From a virus: a stretch of DNA of 64,000 nt. The stretch lies in IMG/VR virus record IMGVR_UViG_3300045988_126875; one strand, 5' to 3'. Under the pieces are notes generated by a model. That model ran no database searches and was not told the DNA's origin. It saw nothing but the letters and a program-made list of their open reading frames with translations. The position numbers and the translations under genes were made by a program. Position 1 is the first letter of the stretch. Each line of letters starts with the position of its first letter. Shown piece after piece: positions 56,282 through 64,000 of this stretch.

Positions 56282-59200
56282 TTTTGTCATGAATCTTAAC
56301 AGCAAAGAACTTTATATAAATATGGGTAACGATATCCCGTTATGGAATGACCTTTATTCTTATGAAGAGCAAGACGATGATGTCAAGCAATTCTGGGAGA
56401 ATGAGGCTATGAAACTCCTTAACGGTGTTACCATAAATGGAGTATTTATACATCCTTGGCTATATTGGCATATCAATTTCTGGAAGATGATGATTGACGT
56501 AGGAGATGATCGTATTCCTGGAAATTCTCAGCTTCGTGATAATGAATGGATGTTTGCCGAATTTCTAAAGCAGGCGGAAGAAGAGAATAAAGGAATATTC
56601 ATGTTCGGGTGCCGTCGTTTTGGGAAAGCCCTTCTTGATTCTGAGATACTTTATCTTGAGGACCGGGAAAAGATGATAGGAAATATTGTTGTAGGGGATA
56701 AGATATATGACGATAAAGGGAATTTGGTAGAGGTCGTAGGTGTTTATCCCCAAGGAAAAGTAACTACCTACAGAGTCGTATTCGAAGACGGTCGTAACGT
56801 TATTTGCTGCGGTAATCATCAATGGCGCGTCAATCATGGCGGAAAATGGCATGTTAGGAGTCTTAGAGCCATAGCTGGATTAGATTATAAGAGTATGTCT
56901 ATTCCAGTAGGTGAGGCCCTGAACTACCCTACGGCAAAGCTGCCGGTTTCGCCGTCGGCCTACGCCTCGATGCTGGCGGCTTATCTCGGTGGCTATGGAG
57001 GGGATATGTTTTTTGATAAATACGTTTGTAAGAAGTTTTTAAGATCGTCCATAGATCAAAAGAAAGATTTTATAGAAAACTTCATTCGTTCTTTCAGAAA
57101 CGTAGTAACCGGAGAAGAAGAGCTTACGTTGTCTCATATTGACATGGATGTCATAAATTTTGTACAACGTATGTTTTGGGCTTCAGGTTGGTATGCTAAA
57201 TTGGAGGGGAACAAACTTATACTATCAAGGAATCGTAAGGAATTAAAAATAAGATCCATATCAATATACGGAAAGGAACATGCCACCTGTATAACCGTTG
57301 ATAATGATTCTCATTTATTTTTGACCACCAATTACGTCGTTACTCACAATACGGCTATAATGAGCTCCCTACTGGCTCGTAATGCTACAATGACATACAA
57401 TTTGACGCATAATGTTATTGGAGCAAGTAAAGAAGACCTTGCCAATATGGGAGAGTATCTTGAGTTTGGACTTGATAATCTTCCTCCTTATCTTACTATA
57501 AACAGGACCGGTAACGACTGGACTAAAGAAGTTGTTTTAGGTACAAGAAACATCAATAACCAACGTGATGTTCATGCCAGAATAAGAATCACCAACGTTG
57601 ATGATGGAAAGACGCGAGGCTCATTGAAGACCGCAGGTGGAACTCCATATACGTCTATATATGATGAGGTAGGTAAATTTCCGGTGCTTGGAGCATGGCT
57701 TGCCGGTAGGCCGGCTCATATGATGCATGGTAGAATGAGGGGCGTTTGTCTTATGGCTGGATGTTGTTGTGCTGGAACCATAGTATATAAATCAAATGGT
57801 GAGCCATGCCGAATAGAGGATTTGAAGCAAGAGGATGGAATAGTAGGATTCGATAATGTATCATCAAAAGCTGTAAGTCAAGACATAACATGGATGAAAC
57901 CTCCTGCCGAGAAAGAGTGTTACAGAATAACAACGAAAAGAGGAAGGGTGCTTGAATGCAGTGGGGATCATCCCATATTGACTGTTATAAAGAAAAGAAG
58001 TGGTGAATTTAGGTATTTTGGGGCTGACTTCAGAAGAGCTGACTCTCTTAGAGTTGGTCGTAAAATATGTGTATCGGATGGTGTGGATATATGGGGAGAT
58101 AAAAAAATGTTTGATCCATATCTTGTTGGTATTCTAATAGGGGATGGGAGCTATGGTTTTGATAAGACTCCTGTCGTGTCTACCAGTGATAATGAGGTGT
58201 ATGATTATATACGATCTAAATATGAGTGTTGTATAGAGAAACAGTATAAGACTAAGAACGGAAAAGACTATAGGGAAATAAGAATAAAAGGTATATGCCA
58301 TGAGTTAAGGGAACTTGGTATATATGGTCAGACTAAAAAAAACAAAACACTTCCTTTAAATATACATTTATATAGAAGGGAGGATGTTATTATGATGATT
58401 AGGGGGTATTTTGATGCTGATGCTACTTTTTGTTCTAATAATGATAAAAGACATCATCGTATAAGTGTAGGATCTTGTAATAAACATCTTCTTGAAGAAA
58501 TAAAGGATGTTCTTTTTAAATTTGGAATACATAGTACTATTTCTTATAGCCCATCTAAAAATCCAGCAGATAGATCTATTATTCTTGATTCATATGTATG
58601 TAATATATTGGATAAATTATCCATGTTTAAATATTGTAATATAATTGGAACAGATATAGGATATAGAAGAGAAAAACTTGATTCTATAAGGGAATTTAGT
58701 TCTAATTTTAGCACATTTGGTTCTTTTAGGTCAAAATATTTAGATGGAGTGATAATAGAAAGGATAGATAAGATAGAGTATATAGGAATTAAGCCTGTTT
58801 ACAATCTCACTGCATCAGATACTCACACTTATATAGCAAATGGTATTATAACTCATAATACCGGAGGTAATGTAGAAAAGTCTCAAGATGCCCAGAAAAT
58901 CATGAACTCTCCGGACGAATATGGATTCATTATAATGAATTATGATATTATGAATAAGAGAGTTATTAAACCAACATGGCGTATATGTAAATCCGGATGC
59001 TTTGTTCCTGCCCAGATGTCTCATGCGTATGAAAAGACAGAAACTACTCTTGATAAGTATCTTGGAGTAGAGAGTGCTCCCGGTCTTAAGAAGATAAAAA
59101 TAAAAGTTTCAGACTTTGATAAAAATACTGGAATAATAAAATCACGTCTTGACGAACTTGTCAAAAAGGATAGAGCTTTATACGTCCAGGAACGAATGGC

Positions 59201-60155
59201 ATTCCCTTTGTCTATAGATGATTGTTTCCTTAATACGAACGTAAATAGGTTCCCTGTAGAAGATGCGTTGAAGCACAAAAGCCGTCTTCTTGAAGAAGGT
59301 AGGCCTGGTAAAACAGTAGATATTTATCAGATAGACGGCATGAAAATGGGGTGTAATTTTAGTGATAAGCAGCTTGCTGATTATCCGTTTCAAGGTGGTA
59401 ACATAGATTCTCCTGTTGTTATATATGAGGATCCACCAGAAGAAGGAGGTGTTTTTGATTACACTTATGTCTCATCGCTCGACCCATATAAATCTGACAA
59501 GGCTGATACTGATTCTGTTGGTTCGTTTTATGTACTTAAAAGATATGTAAAAATCAACGATCCATTTGCTTATTGCATAGTAGCATCATACGCATCACGT
59601 CCTCCATCTTCTGATGATTTTTGTAGGAATTGTGAAATACTTCAAGAAGCGTATGGGGCCAAGTGTCTTATGGAGAATGCCGACCGAATGTATGAATTTT
59701 ATCTTACGAGACGAAATAAGCAGCTTATGTTGCTGGAAGATGGCGAACGTCTTGCCGGTAAGATTATCCGTGCCGGCGCCCGTCAGAACAACAAGCTCGG
59801 TTTGGCTCCTACGGTTCCCAATCAGCGCATGCTTTTCAATACCGTTATTCAATATTGCTGGGAGGATGTTGTTGTTGGGTATGATGATGATGGTAATGAA
59901 ATAACACAGAAAGGTATTTACCGTATCCCTGATATAGAACTTCTTGATGAGATCATAGCCTTCGGCCCCGGGACCAACACCGACCGTATCATAGCCTTCG
60001 GCCACGCTCTTCTTCTGGCTAAGTATTATGATGATATGGGTTACATGCCTGAAAGTACGACTCAGAAGGAGAATCAAAAGAAGAGAGAGCGCAAGAAGAT
60101 AGAACAGGTCAAAGGATTTACGGTAAGAAGACATAACCCTTATAAAATGAGGTGA
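56244..60155 (+). CDS. terL: terminase large subunit containing two inteins
   Basis: Extein motifs: P-loop GCRRFGK|T (split by intein 1), Walker B TSIYDEVGKF, LMAG|TGGN (split by intein 2); spliced length ~696 aa (~690-700 given the intein-2 boundary uncertainty). Confidence 0.75.
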   Translation: MSRMKLRTSSISSFVMNLNSKELYINMGNDIPLWNDLYSYEEQDDDVKQFWENEAMKLLNGVTINGVFIHPWLYWHINFWKMMIDVGDDRIPGNSQLRDNEWMFAEFLKQAEEENKGIFMFGCRRFGKALLDSEILYLEDREKMIGNIVVGDKIYDDKGNLVEVVGVYPQGKVTTYRVVFEDGRNVICCGNHQWRVNHGGKWHVRSLRAIAGLDYKSMSIPVGEALNYPTAKLPVSPSAYASMLAAYLGGYGGDMFFDKYVCKKFLRSSIDQKKDFIENFIRSFRNVVTGEEELTLSHIDMDVINFVQRMFWASGWYAKLEGNKLILSRNRKELKIRSISIYGKEHATCITVDNDSHLFLTTNYVVTHNTAIMSSLLARNATMTYNLTHNVIGASKEDLANMGEYLEFGLDNLPPYLTINRTGNDWTKEVVLGTRNINNQRDVHARIRITNVDDGKTRGSLKTAGGTPYTSIYDEVGKFPVLGAWLAGRPAHMMHGRMRGVCLMAGCCCAGTIVYKSNGEPCRIEDLKQEDGIVGFDNVSSKAVSQDITWMKPPAEKECYRITTKRGRVLECSGDHPILTVIKKRSGEFRYFGADFRRADSLRVGRKICVSDGVDIWGDKKMFDPYLVGILIGDGSYGFDKTPVVSTSDNEVYDYIRSKYECCIEKQYKTKNGKDYREIRIKGICHELRELGIYGQTKKNKTLPLNIHLYRREDVIMMIRGYFDADATFCSNNDKRHHRISVGSCNKHLLEEIKDVLFKFGIHSTISYSPSKNPADRSIILDSYVCNILDKLSMFKYCNIIGTDIGYRREKLDSIREFSSNFSTFGSFRSKYLDGVIIERIDKIEYIGIKPVYNLTASDTHTYIANGIITHNTGGNVEKSQDAQKIMNSPDEYGFIIMNYDIMNKRVIKPTWRICKSGCFVPAQMSHAYEKTETTLDKYLGVESAPGLKKIKIKVSDFDKNTGIIKSRLDELVKKDRALYVQERMAFPLSIDDCFLNTNVNRFPVEDALKHKSRLLEEGRPGKTVDIYQIDGMKMGCNFSDKQLADYPFQGGNIDSPVVIYEDPPEEGGVFDYTYVSSLDPYKSDKADTDSVGSFYVLKRYVKINDPFAYCIVASYASRPPSSDDFCRNCEILQEAYGAKCLMENADRMYEFYLTRRNKQLMLLEDGERLAGKIIRAGARQNNKLGLAPTVPNQRMLFNTVIQYCWEDVVVGYDDDGNEITQKGIYRIPDIELLDEIIAFGPGTNTDRIIAFGHALLLAKYYDDMGYMPESTTQKENQKKRERKKIEQVKGFTVRRHNPYKMR
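56628..57350 (+). mobile_element. intein 1 (241 aa, Ala1-type N-terminus, degenerate LAGLIDADG-like LAAYLGGYGGD) inserted in TerL P-loop
   Basis: Starts ALLDSEILYL (block A with Ala1), block B-like CCGNHQW, ends VVTHN followed by +1 Thr that restores GKT. Confidence 0.65.
57762..58859 (+). mobile_element. intein 2 (~366 aa) with LAGLIDADG homing endonuclease domain
   Basis: Block A CCCAGTIV, block B ECSGDHPILT, LAGLIDADG motifs LVGILIGDGS and IRGYFDADATF, C-terminal GIITHN + Thr; N-boundary uncertain by 1-5 codons. Confidence 0.7.
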
Positions 60156-60197
60156 CGAGAACAAATTCCTTATCTTTGTGAAAAATAGGATAATAGG

Positions 60198-62957
60198 ATG
60201 GAATATTTCAATAGAGATCAGGCTTTTCCGGCCAGAGGAGTATTTTCAGGTTTGCCGGTACAGGCGATACCTACCAAGAGAAAAACCAAGGAGTGGTTTA
60301 AAGCCACTATGGATTCTCTTGAATTGATTGGTTTGAAGCAGCTTGATGAGAACCAGAAGTTCAAGGATTTTTATAGAATGATGGAAGGTAAGTTATCCTT
60401 TATGGAGCTGAAAGACGTAATTCCTTATCTTAAGGATGTTCAGTCTATAAGGGACAATGTAAATATTCCATCATTCTTACGTCATTATGATATAATAGGT
60501 ACGATCGTAAACGCTTTTGTAGGATGGTTGGGCAACCTTTCTGACAAGTATAATGTAGTTGGATTGGACGAATCTGAAGTGAATCAGTATTCTGCCACGA
60601 AGGAGAATCTCCTTCATAATTACATTAAAGAGGAATTGGACAGAAGGGTTAGGCAAGAATTGTTAAATAGGGGATTGGATCCGGATTATAATAATTTTGC
60701 AAGCGAAGAAGAAAAGCAGGCTTATGCTCAACAGATACAAGAGGTGAAAGCATCTATGACCCCTCCTGAGATAGAGAATTTCATGAATACAAAATGGAAG
60801 ACTGCCGAGGTTATATGGGGTTCTCATACGCTTGAAGCAGACAGGGGGCGTTTTTACATGGATGAGATAGACACCGAGAATTTCATCGACTATCTTCTTA
60901 CCGGTCGTTGTTTTAGAAACTATCATGTAGGATACGACTATTATAAGCCGGAGAGATGGTCTCCGTTGAATACGTTTTATTCTAAGACATTAGATAGCAA
61001 GTATCCGCAGTACGGTGATTATATTGGTCGTGTTCATTATTATACTGCCAATGATATTATAGTAAGGTGGGGGCATCTTCTTACGGCAAAAGACAAGCAA
61101 AAGCTTATAGGAGGTGCTGATAATTTCAATGGCACTTATCATAATGGTGATAATGGAAGCTATGTAAGTTTATCCAAATCGGCGAGTGTAGGGATGTTAT
61201 ATCAGAATAAGGTAATACCTTGGAAAGGATATAATGATTATGCTTCTATAAAAGCTTATGAGGATTATTACGGTATTCCAGCCGGCACATATACCGGATA
61301 CGATAGTAATGGCAACGAATATCACAGAACCAGATTCATGCCAAATTTAGAGCATGGTAATTATTATAACCGTGCCCAGAGTTTAAGCGACGAGCATGTT
61401 CGTAGTGATTTGTATCAGGTAACTGAATCATATTGGGTATCCCCGGCTCAGGTGTATGTAATTACCTACCAAACTGAAACCGGATTAGTAACTACTGAAA
61501 TGGTAACCGACGAGCTTCTTCAAGACTTTTTACAGGAAAATGGTATTAAGAAAATTACCAGGACCATGAGTAAGGGAATGGAGAACCCGGAGATTAATAC
61601 CTATTTCGTAGATTACGTTCCACAGGTAAGGTATGGGGTTAAGATCAGCGGCGGTGCTCTCGCTCAGGACAACCTGTATCTGGATGGAGAACCTATCGAT
61701 CACCAGATAAAAGGGGATAGCAACATCTATGACTTTGTTCTACCCGTTGCCGGATATATCGGTACTTCTATGGCTAACAGGATTCAGCCATATCAAATAT
61801 TTTATAATTTCTCCATAAACCAGATAAACAATATTCTTGAAAAGGAGATCGGTAAATTCTTCTTAGGGGATATTAATTTGGTTCCAAGTGAATATAAGGA
61901 TTTGGGTGAAGATGTGGCTGATATATGGGCAAACCTTCTTGATGTGGCTAAGTCTGTTGGTGCTCTGACATTAGATACCTCATCTCAAAATACGAAAGGC
62001 GGTGTTCCTTTCAACCAGTTCGCCGTCTATGATTTGTCGCAGACAGAGCAGCTTAAAACAAGAATGGAGCTTGCTGAATGGTCAAGGATGAAGTGTTTTG
62101 AAATGGTTGGCATCACGCCTCAAGTAATTAACGGCCCCAACAGGTATGAGACTGCCACCGGAGTCCAGCAGGGCGTTACGGCATCTATGTTACAAACACA
62201 GATATACTTTGATAACTTCGGTTATTTCAAGAAACGGGCTCTCGATCTTCATCTGGCCGTTGCTCAACAATGCCAGGAAGAAGGAAAGGATATTTCTGTA
62301 ATGTACACAAAAAGTGACCTTACCAGAGCGTTTTTATCTATAGGAACCGACGGTCTTAGCCTAAGGCATCTTGGTGTTCAAGCTTTATCCAACTCGAAGA
62401 AAAGGGATGAGCTTGAAAAGTTCAAGACCTTTATGTTGCAGCTAAATACGGCCGGAGGAGACATTTACGATCTTGCATCTATCTTCACATCAGATTCTAT
62501 GGTGGAACTTATACAGAATGCAAGGAATACTCGCGCATACAACGAGCGTCAGATGCAGCAGCAACAACAGAATCAGATGCAGCTTAACCAGCAACAGATA
62601 CAAGCTGAAGCTGCTGAGAAGGATAAGCAACGTCAGCATGAACTTGCTTTGGAAGACAAGAAAGGTCAATACAGGATACTTCAAGAGAAGATACAGGCGG
62701 CAGGCAGGGCGGCAGACGCCAAGAGCGACGCCACCTCCCTCAACTTCCTGGCTTCTGTTTCAGATCAGACCGTAAGGCAAGCTGATATAGAAAGTAAGGA
62801 AAGGATAGAGGATAAGAAAATTGAAAACGATTCCAAACTTCATGATGATGAAATGAGAATGAAAATGGAAGAGTTAAAATTAAAATCCAAAGAGCTTGCT
62901 CAACGAGCGAGGGAAGATGCCACCAAAAGATATGTAGCCGGAATCAATAAGAATTAA
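60198..62957 (+). CDS. putative portal protein
   Basis: 919 aa directly after terL; C-terminal Gln/Glu-rich coiled-coil; call by position and size. Confidence 0.5.
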   Translation: MEYFNRDQAFPARGVFSGLPVQAIPTKRKTKEWFKATMDSLELIGLKQLDENQKFKDFYRMMEGKLSFMELKDVIPYLKDVQSIRDNVNIPSFLRHYDIIGTIVNAFVGWLGNLSDKYNVVGLDESEVNQYSATKENLLHNYIKEELDRRVRQELLNRGLDPDYNNFASEEEKQAYAQQIQEVKASMTPPEIENFMNTKWKTAEVIWGSHTLEADRGRFYMDEIDTENFIDYLLTGRCFRNYHVGYDYYKPERWSPLNTFYSKTLDSKYPQYGDYIGRVHYYTANDIIVRWGHLLTAKDKQKLIGGADNFNGTYHNGDNGSYVSLSKSASVGMLYQNKVIPWKGYNDYASIKAYEDYYGIPAGTYTGYDSNGNEYHRTRFMPNLEHGNYYNRAQSLSDEHVRSDLYQVTESYWVSPAQVYVITYQTETGLVTTEMVTDELLQDFLQENGIKKITRTMSKGMENPEINTYFVDYVPQVRYGVKISGGALAQDNLYLDGEPIDHQIKGDSNIYDFVLPVAGYIGTSMANRIQPYQIFYNFSINQINNILEKEIGKFFLGDINLVPSEYKDLGEDVADIWANLLDVAKSVGALTLDTSSQNTKGGVPFNQFAVYDLSQTEQLKTRMELAEWSRMKCFEMVGITPQVINGPNRYETATGVQQGVTASMLQTQIYFDNFGYFKKRALDLHLAVAQQCQEEGKDISVMYTKSDLTRAFLSIGTDGLSLRHLGVQALSNSKKRDELEKFKTFMLQLNTAGGDIYDLASIFTSDSMVELIQNARNTRAYNERQMQQQQQNQMQLNQQQIQAEAAEKDKQRQHELALEDKKGQYRILQEKIQAAGRAADAKSDATSLNFLASVSDQTVRQADIESKERIEDKKIENDSKLHDDEMRMKMEELKLKSKELAQRAREDATKRYVAGINKN

Positions 62958-63074
62958 GGATTAAATATCCCCAAATTTCATTAGAAAATCTCTAATAAAA
63001 TTTGGGGATATTCAATTTTTAGTGAAGATTAAACACTTATAAGTTTTTTGTCTGAAATATAGGTATTTAAATAT

Positions 63075-64000
63075 TTTTGCAGTATGGGAAAATTAGAAAA
63101 AAATGGAATAGTAGAATTGGACGATATTTTTAGTATCGGTCCGGTTGATGATGTTTATAATAGGGAAGAAGATATTCTGCCTATTAATGGTAATGAACCG
63201 GCTAAAAAAGATGAGAAGCCTGTAGAAGAAGGCTCTCAAATTAAAGAAGAGCTGGTTGTTGATCCTACTCCTGATCCTAAAGAGGATAAAAAAGGAGAAG
63301 AGAATGTAGTTGATGTTAATCAGGATCAGGTAGAGACTCCGGTTGTCAATTACAGAAAAGTATTAGATGCCCTTTCTTCAAGGGGAATCATTCCCGATTT
63401 GAAAGATGTGGTGTTTAGCGGTGAAAACGGCGAAGAGATTACTATCAATGATCTTGATTTTAGTAAAGAAGATTCATTGTGTGACATACTATCTACAGTC
63501 CTTGAAATCCAGAAAGAGGACATTGTTAAGGATAAGATAGATGTTACCTCTGTTTCTGATATTACTAAGAAGCTTATCCAGGCTGATAAGGCCGGCGCGA
63601 ATATCGTTGATATTCTTAAGCAATATGATACGAATGTCGCTCCTATAGAAAAGCTTGACATTGAAAACAAAGCAGATCAGATAAAGATTGTTCGCCATTA
63701 TGTTGATCTTCTTGGGTTGCCTAAAGATGAAGCTGATGAGTTTTTCAAAGGCATTATCAATAAAGGTGAAGAGTATGTTGAAGCAAAGGCTATAAAGTAC
63801 AAGGCTGAGCTTGATAAGAGAATGGATGATATTATCCAGCAACGTACTAAAGAGGCTGCCGAAAAGAAGGCGAAGGATGCAGAAGATTTTAGAAGGTATA
63901 AGAAAGACCTTAAGTCTTCTATCCAGGCAAAGTATCAGCTAAATGACACTATGGTATCTAAAGCTCTTGATTTTGCCCTAAAACCTTCTGAATCGAATCC
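63075..64000 (+). CDS. hypothetical acidic protein, partial (runs off window end); ATG at 63075; not in ORF track because no stop in window
   Basis: Hand-translated open frame MGKLEKNGIVELDD... >308 codons without stop. Confidence 0.5.

Noticed and set aside
56565-59393. Several 60-95-aa minus-strand ORFs inside terL
   Set aside because: Shadow ORFs within a well-supported long plus-strand gene (intein regions are AT-rich and generate antisense frames).
62473-62775. 100-aa plus-strand ORF in alternate frame inside portal gene C-terminus
   Set aside because: Overlaps the Gln-rich repeat region of the portal ORF; arises from repetitive CAG/CAA codons.

Overview
AT-rich (~35% GC) double-stranded DNA phage-like genome segment, with dense short-intergenic gene packing and no obvious Shine-Dalgarno reliance; it may be from a phage of an AT-rich (Bacteroidota-type) host, but that is inference. 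Layout: positions 1-53214 are almost entirely minus-strand (early/replication and accessory genes); 53534-64000 are plus-strand (packaging/morphogenesis), with a 320-bp divergent hinge at 53215-53533. Recognisable minus-strand genes: SF2 DEAH helicase, two PD-(D/E)XK RecB/Cas4-like nucleases, DnaB-like helicase, TOPRIM primase, dUTPase, SSB-like protein with acidic DLPF tail, putative sliding clamp, RuvC-like resolvase, ThyA-family enzyme, Dda/PIF1-like SF1 helicase, HAD-IIIA phosphatase, DHH-DHHA1 phosphoesterase, and an unusual ACP-NfeD-flotillin(SPFH) operon. Plus-strand genes: a large terminase split by two inteins, followed by a putative portal. RNA/other: four canonical tRNAs (Cys-GCA, Arg-CCU, Gln-UUG, Met-CAU) at 41.8-42.15 kb; three non-canonical tRNA-like T-arm elements; a non-coding hub (31.8-36.6 kb) with 51-bp tandem repeats, a CT tract, TGATWATCA palindromes, G-runs and four ~32-bp iterons. 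The most striking feature is a compact IscB-like RuvC+HNH nuclease (47410-48540) preceded by a ~210-nt structured non-coding element. A second copy of that element (about 75% identical, with compensatory base changes in three stems) sits 30 kb away, upstream of an unrelated ORF. I interpret these as HEARO/omega-RNA-like guide RNAs for a phage-borne OMEGA (IscB) system, one of them orphan.
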